Part shown: positions 1 to 9,039 of the stretch, one piece after another
Layout: every line of letters starts with the position of its first letter
Numbering within the stretch: the stretch's first letter is position 1
DNA from: an uncultured Candidatus Rokubacteria bacterium
GTDB taxonomy: Bacteria; Methylomirabilota; Methylomirabilia; Rokubacteriales; DASRDR01
Reading direction: 5' to 3'
Assembly: GCA_963826115.1 (NCBI GenBank)
Contig: CAWGVS010000010.1
Span: 32,001-96,000 of the forward strand
DNA: 64,000 bases
The notes under the pieces: model-generated
The model's database searches: none
Seen by the model: the letters and a program-made list of their open reading frames with translations, nothing else
What the model was told of the DNA's origin: nothing
Program-made: the position numbers and the translations under genes

Positions 1-1
1 G

Positions 2-995
2 GACGTCGCGGTGCTGAGCCGCACGGTGGCCCCGGAGATGGACCGGGAGGGCTACGACCGGGCGTTCACGGCTGCGCTCATCGCGTCGGCGTCGACGATG
101 GCGAACCTCATCCCGCCGAGCATCATGGCGGTCGTGTACGGCGCGACGGGCAACGTCTCGATCGGCGGGCTGTTCCTCGGCGGCATCGTGCCCGGCCTGG
201 TGGTCGGCATGGGGCTCATGGTCTACAGCCACTTCTTCGGCCCGGTCGGCGTCAAGAAGCAACGCGCCGGCCTCGGCGAGATCGGGGAGGCGGCCCGCGG
301 GGCGGCGCTCCCGCTGGTGATCCCGATCATCATCCTGGGCGGGATCCTGACCGGCTGGTTCACGCCGACCGAGGCCGGGATGATCGCGTCCGTGTACATC
401 CTGTTCGTGGTCATCCCGCTGATCCGGCCCGGGCACATCCGCAGGCTGCCCGCGGATTTCATGTACACGGGCATGCTCTACGCGATTCCGCTGGCCGCCG
501 TGGCGGGGGCGTCCGCCTTCGGGTGGATGCTGGCGTACCTCCGGGGGCCCGACGTCATCGCCGGCTACATTTTGGCGTGGGCGGGCGCCGATCCCGCCAA
601 GATCATGTTCCTGCTGGTCGTCCTGTTCGTGGTCCTGGGGGACTTCATCGACGCCGTGCCCGCCATCATCATCTTCATGCCGGTCATCAACAAGCTCACC
701 GAGGTCGGGCGGGATCAATCCGGTGCACATGGGCGTGGTGCTCATCACGACCCTCGTGTTCGGGCTCATCACGCCGCCCTACGGGCTGTCGCTCCTGGTG
801 GCGTCGAAGTTCGTGGGGGTGCCGTTCGGACGCGCGATGCTCCGGTCGCTCCCGCTCTACGTCGTCTTCTTCGTGACGATCGCCTTCGCGGTCCTCTTTC
901 CGAAGGCCGTGCTCTTCCTGCCGAAGACGTTCCTGCCCGAGTCCGTCGGCTGCTTCCGAAACCCGAGCGGGACCGGCTACATCTGCCCGCCCTGA
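2..995 (+). CDS. dctM: TRAP transporter large permease (DctM), 5'-truncated by window edge, with a +1 frameshift at ~707-709
   Basis: ORF 11..1012 has DctM motifs (LIPPSI, SIGGLFLGGIVPG, GWFTPTEAG). The DctM C-terminus (INPVHMGVVL..GLITPPYG) continues in ORF 723..995. Removing one G from GGG at 707-709 restores EVGGINPVHM. Confidence 0.85.
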
Positions 996-1020
996 GCGAC
1001 GCTCGCCGATAGCGCACCGC

Positions 1021-1122
1021 GCGCCGCTCTCGAGCGGCCACGCCGCCTGGGTGGTGGGCGACGAGCCGGTGGTGGTCGTCGACTGGCTCGGGGCGCCCGA
1101 AAACGACGCCCGGCGCGCCTGA
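1021..1122 (+). pseudogene. C-terminal remnant of a small cupin-domain protein
   Basis: Frame from 1021 reads APLSSGHAAWVVGDEPVVVVDWLGAPENDARRA*, resembling the GHDAWVVGDEPVVVVDW end of small cupins. No start or N-terminal part is visible. Confidence 0.55.
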
Positions 1123-1171
1123 GCGCCGAGTGGGTCCGGCCGCGCGGGATCGCGCGGCCGGGCAGCCCGGT

Positions 1172-3760
1172 CTAGGCTCGCACGACGAGAGGGCGACCGG
1201 GCCGGATCACCGCGGGCGGGTCGAGCTGGTGGATCCGGTCCCCGATCTCGAGCCGGGCGAGGGTGAGCTCGCCCGCCTCGACGCGGAGCTCCGTCTCGCG
1301 CGCCGTGATCCGGACGGTGCCCCACGCCGTCCCCGCGGTGAAGAGGCTGCGGAAGTCCGACGCCGCGACGCGCGGGGCGAAGCGGAGGCGCCGGGCGGGC
1401 GCGCTGTACGCGTAGCCCGACAGGGCCAGCAGCAGCGACCACGACGAGAGCGCCCGCGCGTAGTGGTGACCGCACTCGAACTCGTCCCAGGGATTCCGGC
1501 GCACGCCGTCGTGGCGGTCCCGGACGGCGCGCACGACCGCCAGGCCCGCGTCGACCTCGCCCTCGTACATGAGGAGCCCCGCGACCGCGTACTCGGACCC
1601 CGTCCAGGCCTCGTCCGCGTAGGGGAAGGGGTAGCGCGGCCGGCCGCCCCGCGGCCACGTGCACTGGAGGACCGCGCCCTCCTCGTTCACCGCGTAGGCG
1701 CGCTGGCAGCTCTCGTGCTCGGTGAGCGACGGCCTGAAGTTGTGCCGGAAGATCGAGCGCGCCGCGACGCGCACGTGCTCGCCGGGCAGGAGGTGCCCCA
1801 GCCCCACCACGTGGGCGAACCACTGGCCGAGCAGCTGGTCGGCGAGGCACCCGGGCCCGTACTGGTAGCGGGGCGTGTCCTCGCCGTCGCGGATGGCCGG
1901 CGGGTGCCGCTGCGGGTACTTCCCCTTCGTCACCTCGTGGGGCGCGGGCATCCGCACGTGCTGCTCGTAGTACTCGCCGTTCCACAGCTCGCGGTCGTAC
2001 CGGGCCCGGCCCGACGCGTAGAGGCGCGCGTACTCGGCGGCGTCGGGGTCGCCGAGGTGCCGCGCCATCTCCTCGCACGCCCGGAGCGCGCCCAGGTAGA
2101 GGGCGCCGCACATCGTGTTGGGGCCGTAGAACTCGATGTCGTAGGTGTTGTGCTGCTCGCCCTCCATGACCCCGTCGCGGTCCGGGTCCCACAGCTGCCA
2201 CGCGTAGGCGAGCGTCTTCTTGGCCTGGGGCCAGAGGGACCGGAGGTAGGCGTCGTCGCCCGACACGAGCCACTCCCGGTAGAGCTTCATGAGCGTGCCC
2301 ATCTGGCCGTCGGCCGCCGCCACGTAGTTCCAGGTGACGCCGGCCTGGAGCGGGAGCATGGTCCGGAACTTCTGCTCGCCGTCGGGCAGGGTGTTGAACT
2401 GGTAGTCGGTCAGCCGCACCGTGCGCTCGAGCTGGGGGAACAGGAACGCGAGCGCCTGCGCGTAGTTCCACACGTGCGTGCAGTTCATCGGGCAGCAGCC
2501 CGCGTTGTCGTCGCAGCCCTCGAAGGCGTGGAAGCGCCCGTCGGCCGTCCGGAGACACGTCGTCGTCCGGATGATGGACATCTGGCTCGACACGGCGTCG
2601 AGCACCTCGGCGGGGAGCGTCGAGCCGAAGAGCGCGTCGCGGAACGCGTGCGTCCGGGCCGTCAGGTCGGGCAGCCGCTCGAGCGTCTCCGTCGCGGCGG
2701 CCCAGGCGTCCGGCCACTGGGTGGCGAACCAGTTGGTCATCCGTCCGCCCACGACCGACTGGCCGGGCAAGGTCTCGAACGGCCCCCAGTAGTTCACCAG
2801 GCTCGGGAAGTGCCACGCGAGGACGACGGGCAGCTCGATCGTCTGCCCGGGCTCGATCCGCGCGCGGAGGCCGAGGGTGCCGGCGTCCGTCTCGCCGGCG
2901 GGGCTCAGCGTGCCCTCGGCCCGGTCCGGCAGGCGGCCGTCGGCGCGAAAGTCGTCCCAGAAGTTCTGGATGTCGTCGAACCAGCCGCTCCGCTCCCAGT
3001 GCTCGGAGAACGTGACGTCACGCCAGGTCGTCGCCACCGCGACGGTGCCGGACCCGGGGTGGGTCGGATCGAAGCCGGGGCGGCTCATGCGGAGGCCGCG
3101 GACTCCGCCCTCGTCGGTCCACTGGTTCAGGTTGCCGCCGAACATCGCGTGCCGCCGGCCGCGCGGGAGCGTCGTGACCCCGTCGTACCCGACCGCGTTC
3201 AGCTGCGTGTAGGCGAGGGTGACCTCGACGGGCCGGCTCGACGGGTTCCGGAGCCGCCAGAGGAAGACGGCCACCGGCAGGCCCGAGACGCGGTCGTCCA
3301 TCGGCGCGAACGGCGTGAAGGCCTCGAGCTCCGCCTCGACCGGCAGGCTCGCGTCGGTGAAACGGATCGTCGCCGTCGGATACGTGCCGACGAACGTCGC
3401 CTCCTCGAGGCGCGGGAGGGATGCGACCGCCCAGGGCGAGAGGCCGCGGTCCGCCACGAACGGCGGCAGGAGCCGGCGCTCGAGGATCCGCGCCACCGCC
3501 TCGTCACCGTCGCGGCGGGCCCAGAGGGCGAAGAAGCAGAGCGGGAGATCGTGGCCCTTGGCGGGCCGGTTGAAGACCTCCCAGTCCCGCAGCTGGCCGC
3601 GGCCGCCCAGCGAGACCGTGCCCGTCCCGATCCCGCCCAGCGGGAAGGCGATCTCCTTGAGCGCCGCGCCGGTGAAGCGCCGCGGGGGCGGCCCCGCCGC
3701 GCCGGCATGGCCGGACGTGCTCGAGGGGGTGGCGGCGCCGGGCGTGGTCGTCGTGGACAT
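1172..3760 (-). CDS. GH116-family glycoside hydrolase (non-lysosomal glucosylceramidase-like)
   Basis: 862 aa; FPLGGIGTG N-terminal motif, CTHVWNYAQ, DGQMG, QHNTYDIEF, DQLLGQW, NPWDEFECGHHYAR. Confidence 0.9.
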   Translation of the reverse strand: MSTTTTPGAATPSSTSGHAGAAGPPPRRFTGAALKEIAFPLGGIGTGTVSLGGRGQLRDWEVFNRPAKGHDLPLCFFALWARRDGDEAVARILERRLLPPFVADRGLSPWAVASLPRLEEATFVGTYPTATIRFTDASLPVEAELEAFTPFAPMDDRVSGLPVAVFLWRLRNPSSRPVEVTLAYTQLNAVGYDGVTTLPRGRRHAMFGGNLNQWTDEGGVRGLRMSRPGFDPTHPGSGTVAVATTWRDVTFSEHWERSGWFDDIQNFWDDFRADGRLPDRAEGTLSPAGETDAGTLGLRARIEPGQTIELPVVLAWHFPSLVNYWGPFETLPGQSVVGGRMTNWFATQWPDAWAAATETLERLPDLTARTHAFRDALFGSTLPAEVLDAVSSQMSIIRTTTCLRTADGRFHAFEGCDDNAGCCPMNCTHVWNYAQALAFLFPQLERTVRLTDYQFNTLPDGEQKFRTMLPLQAGVTWNYVAAADGQMGTLMKLYREWLVSGDDAYLRSLWPQAKKTLAYAWQLWDPDRDGVMEGEQHNTYDIEFYGPNTMCGALYLGALRACEEMARHLGDPDAAEYARLYASGRARYDRELWNGEYYEQHVRMPAPHEVTKGKYPQRHPPAIRDGEDTPRYQYGPGCLADQLLGQWFAHVVGLGHLLPGEHVRVAARSIFRHNFRPSLTEHESCQRAYAVNEEGAVLQCTWPRGGRPRYPFPYADEAWTGSEYAVAGLLMYEGEVDAGLAVVRAVRDRHDGVRRNPWDEFECGHHYARALSSWSLLLALSGYAYSAPARRLRFAPRVAASDFRSLFTAGTAWGTVRITARETELRVEAGELTLARLEIGDRIHQLDPPAVIRPGRPLVVRA

Positions 3761-3769
3761 GCTGATCTC

Positions 3770-4471
3770 CTAGCGAGGGGTCGATGCGCGTCGCACGGCA
3801 TCGGCGTATCCCGCGATGAGCGGGTGCGGCCGGCCGGGCGCCGAGCGGGTCTGGGGCAAGAAGAGCGTGGCGAGGTAGAAGGGGTGGCTGGGCAGCTCGA
3901 CGATGCGCACCTCGCCCTCGTCGCCGAGCCCGCTGACGCGGAGGCCGCCCTTCTCCAGCGCCGCCCGGTAGTCCGGGTTGACGCCGTACGAGCAGTAGTA
4001 GTCCTCGATCACGCGGCCGGGGCCGCCGTACAGCTGGGCGGCCGTCGTCCCGGGGAGCACGGTCACGGCCTGCTCCGTGCCCACCAGCGCGCAGGCGAGC
4101 GCCGTCACCACGGCGCGGGGCGCGTCGGGGTTCGTCTCGGCATGGTCGGCGTCCTCGATCCCGAGGACGTTGCGCGCGAACTCGACGATCGCGTGCTGGA
4201 AGCCCCCTCAGGTCCCGACGAGCGGCACGCCGCGCTCGCGCGCGTACCGGACCGCGCGGAGCGCGCCCTCCATGTCCCGGTACGGGCTGGCGGGCGCGAT
4301 CCAGAGCCCCGCGTACCGGCCGAGCCGCGTGGCGGGGTGGTCGCCCACCGCGTCGGTCGGCACCCAGTCGAAGGGGAGACCCGCGTGTCCGAAGGCTTCG
4401 TTGGTGGCCACGTGCGTCGAGTTCCGCGGGTTGAAGTCGCCCACGACGCCGACGACCCCTCGGGTGCTCAT
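3770..4471 (-). CDS. CTP-synthase C-terminal-like class I glutamine amidotransferase; in-frame TGA (4208-4210) at the catalytic Cys, probable selenoprotein
   Basis: One frame from ATG 4471: MSTRGVVGVVGDF..WIAPASPY..GVPLVGT-TGA-GGFQHAIVEFARNVLG..YCSYGVNP..HPFYLATLFLPQ. TGA occupies the Cys of the G-T-C-G-G-F-Q nucleophile motif. Confidence 0.85.
4162..4207 (-). promoter_or_regulatory. Candidate bacterial SECIS hairpin directly 3' of the UGA
   Basis: mRNA UGA GGGGGCUUCCA GCACGCGAUC GUC GAGUUCGCGCGC. The stem GCACGCGA/UCGCGCGC closes a G-starting apical loop about 21 nt after the UGA (folded by eye). Confidence 0.5.
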
Positions 4472-5154
4472 GGGGTGGGACCTCCGTGACGCGCGAGTCG
4501 GTCGGTGCTGGCGACGGCCAGCGCCGCGACCGCGGCCGGCAGGATGATGAGCGGCGCCCCGGCGAGCGACCAGGCGAGCACGCCCGCCGCGATGGCCGTC
4601 ACGAGGATGGCCGCGGTCGGCCCGGGGTGCCGCGCCGCGAGGACGAAGCCGTTGCGCGTCGCCTCGCGGGCGCCCTGGCCGTGAAGGCCGACCAGCGGGA
4701 ACGCGTGGACGGCGACCATGGCGCCGAGGACCAGGAGCGCGACCTGGGCGGCCCAGAGGGCGATCGCCGCGGCGCTCGCCGGGTGGGCCATCACCGCGTG
4801 GAGGGCGGCGAGCTGCGCGTGCCAGGCGAGGAGGAGGGCCGCGGCGAGGAGCGCGCCGGTCCGGCCGCGCCGGAGATCGAGGGCGGCCGGGCGCGCGCGC
4901 TCGCCCCGGACGATGCGCGCCGCGGCGGTCGCGAGGCCGGCCGCCCCGGGACCCACGGTCAGCGGCAGGACGGCGAGCGCGAGCCCGGGAAACCCGAGAA
5001 GCGCCAGGAGCCCGTAGGGCGCGCCCCACGCGAGGAAGACGAGGTTCGCCGCGAGCAGGACGGGGAGGCTCTCCCAGAGCCGGCGGGCCTGGGCGACCGC
5101 GACGGGGACGGCCGGCGGCGTGACGGACGGCGCGGCCCCGCCGGGACCGGTCAT
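4468..5154 (-). CDS. Membrane protein associated with the sugar ABC operon (DUF624/YesL-like)
   Basis: Hydrophobic ORF from ATG 5154 (MTGPGG..LWESLPVLLAANLVFLAW); ATGA overlaps with both neighbours. Confidence 0.65.
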   Translation of the reverse strand: MTGPGGAAPSVTPPAVPVAVAQARRLWESLPVLLAANLVFLAWGAPYGLLALLGFPGLALAVLPLTVGPGAAGLATAAARIVRGERARPAALDLRRGRTGALLAAALLLAWHAQLAALHAVMAHPASAAAIALWAAQVALLVLGAMVAVHAFPLVGLHGQGAREATRNGFVLAARHPGPTAAILVTAIAAGVLAWSLAGAPLIILPAAVAALAVASTDRLARHGGPTP

Positions 5155-6038
5155 CCCTTCATCCCCGTGAGCGTCACGCCTTCGATCAGGTACCGCTGCG
5201 CGAGCAGGAACACCACCAGGACCGGGAGGATCCCCATCGACACGCCGGCCATGATGGCGGCGACGTTGCCGACCCCCAGGAAGCCCTTCATGATCGTGAG
5301 CCCGAGCGGGAGCGTCATCCGCTCCCACGTGCTGATGAAGAGGAGCGGCCGGAAGAACTCGTTCCAGTAGAAGTTGAAGGTGAAGATCGTCAGGGTCGCG
5401 AGCGCCGGCCCGGCGAGCGGCAGGATGATCTGGACGAAGGTCCGCACGTAGCCGGCCCCGTCGACCCGCGCCGCGTCCTCGAGCTCGTTCGGGATGGTGA
5501 GGAAGAACTGGCGCAGGAGGAACGTGCCGAACGCGCTGAAGAGGGCGGGCAGGACCAGCGCCCAGTGCGTGTCGAGGAGGCCGAACACGCGGATCAGGAC
5601 GAAGACCGGGATGATCGTCACCTGCTGCGGGACCATCAGCTGGGACAGGAACACGAGGAACAGGACGTCCCGGCCCCGGAACCGGAGCCGCGCGAAGGCG
5701 TAGGCGGCCATCGAGCACGTCACCAGCTGGCCGAGGGTGATCAGCACCGTCACCTGGAGGCTGTTCAGGACGAAGGCGACGAACGGGATGTTGTCCAGGA
5801 CCTCGCGGTAGTTCTCCACGTGCCAGGCCGTCGGCCACCACACGGGCGGCAGCGAGAAGGAGTCCTTCGCGAGCCGCCAGGACGTCGAGAACATCCAGGC
5901 GAACGGGAGCATCATCACCACGCCGCCCACCAGCAGGAGGGCCACGACGAGCCGGTCGACCGCGCGCCCGCGCCCGAGATCGGCGGCGCCCCCCGGCTCT
6001 CGCGCCCGTCGCTCGGCGCGGGCCGCCGTCCGGCTCAC
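5151..6038 (-). CDS. Carbohydrate ABC transporter permease (MalG-like)
   Basis: GTG start overlaps the upstream stop; AAYAFARLRFRGRD, EAA loop ELEDAARVDGAG, WNEFFRPL. Confidence 0.92.
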   Translation of the reverse strand: MSRTAARAERRAREPGGAADLGRGRAVDRLVVALLLVGGVVMMLPFAWMFSTSWRLAKDSFSLPPVWWPTAWHVENYREVLDNIPFVAFVLNSLQVTVLITLGQLVTCSMAAYAFARLRFRGRDVLFLVFLSQLMVPQQVTIIPVFVLIRVFGLLDTHWALVLPALFSAFGTFLLRQFFLTIPNELEDAARVDGAGYVRTFVQIILPLAGPALATLTIFTFNFYWNEFFRPLLFISTWERMTLPLGLTIMKGFLGVGNVAAIMAGVSMGILPVLVVFLLAQRYLIEGVTLTGMKG

Positions 6039-6937
6039 TGGTAGAAGACCCAGACCCGGCTGAGCCGGAACTGCACGAGGGTCAGGGCGACGACGATCAG
6101 GAAGAGCGAGAGCGCGATCGTCGAGGCGTAGCCCATCTGGAAGAAGCGGAACCCGGTCTCGTAGATGTACATGACGACGGTGCGGCTCGCGTCGCCGGGG
6201 CCGCCGCTGGTCAGGATGTACGGCGAGTCGAAGATCTGGAAGGCGTTGATGAGCCCCCACACGATCGAGAAGAACAGGACCGGGGTGAGCGAGGGCAGGG
6301 TCACGTAGCGGAACCCCGCCCACCGGCCGGCGCCGTCGATCGCCGCGGCCTCGTAGAGGTGCCGGGGGATGCTCTGGAGCCCGGCGAGGAACAGGACGAA
6401 GTTGAAGCCGAGGTTCTTCCACACGCCCAGGATCACGAGCGACGTCACGGCCCACTGGCTCGACGTCAGCCACGGGATGCGGGGGACGCCGATCCGCCCG
6501 AGGTAGTAGTTGATGATGCCGAAGTCGGTGTTGTAGAGGTACTGCCACACGATGGAGACCGAGGCGAGCGACGTCAGGACCGGGAAGAAGTACGTGGTCC
6601 GGATGAGATAGCGCCAGACGCCCAGCATCGGACGGTGGGCGGCGACGGCCAGGACGACGCCGAGGACGGTCGTGGCGCCCACGTACCAGACCACGTAGAC
6701 GAGGGTGTTCAGGTAGATCCGCGGCAGCCGCGCGTCCCGGAAGAACTGGGCGTAGTTGGCGAGCCCGACCCAGCGCGGCGACGTCAGGACGTCGTAGTCG
6801 TAGAAGCTCAGCGCGACGGCCGCCAGCGCCGGGCCGAGGACGAACACCAGGAACCCGACGATGGCCGGGCTGAGGAAGGCGAAGGCGACCCACGTCTCCC
6901 GGCGGCGGGCGCGGCCGCTGGACCTCATCGGTGGCAT
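6035..6937 (-). CDS. Carbohydrate ABC transporter permease (MalF/UgpA-like)
   Basis: WVGLANY, WKNLGFNFVLFLAGLQSIP, LYEAAAIDGAG, MGYASTIA. Confidence 0.93.
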   Translation of the reverse strand: MPPMRSSGRARRRETWVAFAFLSPAIVGFLVFVLGPALAAVALSFYDYDVLTSPRWVGLANYAQFFRDARLPRIYLNTLVYVVWYVGATTVLGVVLAVAAHRPMLGVWRYLIRTTYFFPVLTSLASVSIVWQYLYNTDFGIINYYLGRIGVPRIPWLTSSQWAVTSLVILGVWKNLGFNFVLFLAGLQSIPRHLYEAAAIDGAGRWAGFRYVTLPSLTPVLFFSIVWGLINAFQIFDSPYILTSGGPGDASRTVVMYIYETGFRFFQMGYASTIALSLFLIVVALTLVQFRLSRVWVFYQ

Positions 6938-7003
6938 GTGACCGTGACCGTCGGATCCACGCCCGGCGCGGCGCGCCGGAGGGGCCGCGGGCGCGGCGGG
7001 GCC

Positions 7004-7040
7004 CCGGCGGACGCGGGTCGCCGGCGACCCCGCCCGCCGG
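7004..7040. repeat. GC-rich inverted repeat between the binding-protein and permease genes
   Basis: ccggcgg-acgc-gggtcgc-cg-gcgaccc-cgc-ccgccgg; typical position for an mRNA-stabilising hairpin. Confidence 0.5.
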
Positions 7041-7057
7041 AGCGGTCCGCGCTCGTC

Positions 7058-8356
7058 CTACCGGCTCGCGAGGATGGTGGTGAACTCCTTGTCCGCCTCC
7101 TCGAGGGCCGCGGCCGGCGCCATCTCGTTGGCGAGCACGCGACCGAGGTACCGGCGCCACGTCGCCTCGATCCGGTTGTACGTCCCGGGCGACGGCACCG
7201 GCTTGGCGTTCGGGCCCTCGATCGTCTCGTAGAAGATCTTGGCGTTCTTCGGCGGCAGCTCGAACATGGCGGGGCTGACCGCCACCGAGCGCCGCGCGGG
7301 GATCGCCTGGCCGACCTTGGTCAGGATCTCGTGCGCCCCCTTGGTGGTGAGGAACTTGGCCCACTTCCAGGCTTCCTGGGGGTACTTGGTGCTCTTCATG
7401 ATGACGAAGCCGCCGACCCCGTACTCCGTGACCTGGGCCTTCCAGCGCGGGAAATACTGGATGTCGAAGTCGGAGAACCCGGCCTTCGTCATCTGGAGCA
7501 CCGGCCAGCGGCCGCCGCCCGCCATCGCGATCTTGCCCGCCGCCATCAGGGAGTAGATGTCGGTGTGGGACGCCGGCGGCTTCGGCGAGACCTTGTACTT
7601 CCACACGAGGTCCTGCATGAACTGCAGGACCTCGAGGACCTTCGGGTCCTGGAGGTTCGACTTGGTCCAGTCGTCGCTCAGGATGTTGGTGGCGTTGGCG
7701 AACATCCACGGCATCGTGCCGGAGAAGTACTGGACGGCGAAGCCGAAGCCGAACACCTCGGGCTCGCCCGAGGGGGTGCGCTTCGTCAGCTTGTCGGCCA
7801 GCGTGAGGAACTCGTCCTTGGTCCACTCCTTCTTCGGCGCCGCGAGCTTCTCCTGCTCGATCATCTTGGTGTTGTAGTACATGATCATGTTGTTCCAGTC
7901 GAACGGCAGCTCGTACGTCTTGCCGTCGACCCGGAACACCTCGAGGAGGCGCGGGCTCACGTCCTTCATGTACTCGTCGATCTCGGCGTCGCCCTTCATG
8001 AAGTCGTCGAGGGGCACGGCGAGCCCGCGGGTCACGACGAGGCGCGCGCCCTCGATGGCCACGCGGCTCACGTCGGGCGGATTGCCGCCCGCGATCATCG
8101 TCGCCAGCTTGTCGAAGTAGTCGCCCCAGCTCTCGCCGGGGATCGGCTGGTAGCGGATCACGATGTTGGGGTTGGCCTTCGAGAACTCGCCGATCAGGCT
8201 GTCCCACATCGGCTTGTCCAGCCCCGCGCTGTAGTTGACGTACGTCAGCGTCACCTTCGCCTGGGCGGAGGCGAGCCTCGCTCGACCGACGGCCCCGGCG
8301 GCGGCGGTGGCTCCGAGACCCTTCAGGACCTGCCGGCGCGACACCCTGGTCTTCAC
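7058..8356 (-). CDS. Sugar ABC transporter substrate-binding protein with Tat signal
   Basis: GTG 8356 preceded by GGAGGA; SRRQVLK twin-arginine motif; GNPPDV, LPFDWNNMIMYYN, AWKWAKFL. Confidence 0.92.
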   Translation of the reverse strand: MKTRVSRRQVLKGLGATAAAGAVGRARLASAQAKVTLTYVNYSAGLDKPMWDSLIGEFSKANPNIVIRYQPIPGESWGDYFDKLATMIAGGNPPDVSRVAIEGARLVVTRGLAVPLDDFMKGDAEIDEYMKDVSPRLLEVFRVDGKTYELPFDWNNMIMYYNTKMIEQEKLAAPKKEWTKDEFLTLADKLTKRTPSGEPEVFGFGFAVQYFSGTMPWMFANATNILSDDWTKSNLQDPKVLEVLQFMQDLVWKYKVSPKPPASHTDIYSLMAAGKIAMAGGGRWPVLQMTKAGFSDFDIQYFPRWKAQVTEYGVGGFVIMKSTKYPQEAWKWAKFLTTKGAHEILTKVGQAIPARRSVAVSPAMFELPPKNAKIFYETIEGPNAKPVPSPGTYNRIEATWRRYLGRVLANEMAPAAALEEADKEFTTILASR

Positions 8357-8428
8357 TGGCTCTCCTCCGTGTGGGGGACCGTGACGGTGCACCGCGAGCG
8401 GGGGCCACGCCCCTGTCGTGGTACCGTC

Positions 8429-8458
8429 TGCATATCAGGCAAGTCGATGCGGTGTCAA
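8429..8458 (-). promoter_or_regulatory. sigma-70-type promoter candidate for the ABC/GH116 operon
   Basis: TTGACA-18nt-TATGCA with TG at the extended -10 position, minus strand. Confidence 0.5.
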
Positions 8459-8535
8459 CGGCAGCAGCCGTGATGCGCGATGTTGTTGCGCAACAGGCGC
8501 CGGCCGGCCTCGCGCACGCCGCCGGGAGGTTACGG

Positions 8536-9006
8536 ATGATCCGCTTTCACGTGCACGTGACGACCCTGGACCTCGCGAGCAGCATCCGGACCTACTCCCA
8601 GGTCTTCGGCCCCCCGGCCGTCGAGAAGCCCGACTACGCGAAGTGGGAGCCCGACGGATTCCCGGTGATCTTCGCCGTGTCGACGCGCAAGGGCGTGGCG
8701 GGCATCGACCACCTGGGGATCAAGGCCGACTCGGAGGCGGAGCTCGCCGCCATGCGCGCGGGTCTCCAGGCCGAGGGGCTCCCGAGCTCCGAGCAGCGCG
8801 ACGCCGAGTGCTGCTACGTGCGCGCCGACAAGGTGTGGGTGACCGACCCGAACGGCGTGCCGTGGGAGCTCTACGTCGGCAAGGGCTCCATCGAGGTGTT
8901 CGGGGGCGACGGGCGCCCGGCGGACGAGGCGGCGTGCTGCGTGGCCGACCCCGGCGCGGCCCCCGCGCGCCCGACCTTCCTGACACTCGGTCCGTCGCGG
9001 GGCTGA
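8536..9006 (+). CDS. ArsI/CadI-like VOC (glyoxalase) family protein
   Basis: MIRFHVHV, KPDYAKW, GIDHLGI, ECCYVRADKVWVTDPNGVPWE, C-terminal CC. Confidence 0.85.
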   Translation: MIRFHVHVTTLDLASSIRTYSQVFGPPAVEKPDYAKWEPDGFPVIFAVSTRKGVAGIDHLGIKADSEAELAAMRAGLQAEGLPSSEQRDAECCYVRADKVWVTDPNGVPWELYVGKGSIEVFGGDGRPADEAACCVADPGAAPARPTFLTLGPSRG

Positions 9007-9039
9007 GCACCGGCGCCCGCGCGGCCCCGGGGCGCCCCT

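Noticed and set aside
700-720. Programmed frameshift in dctM
   Set aside because: A single extra G in a short G run with no slippery heptamer; more likely a sequencing/assembly indel or a recent mutation.
1130-4489. Very long antisense or alternate-frame ORFs (e.g. 1130..4489+, 12976..15792+, 32030..36220+, 40855..44232+ N-part, 44394..48038+)
   Set aside because: Arg/Gly/Pro/Ala-rich shadows of real genes, expected at this GC content; no motifs.
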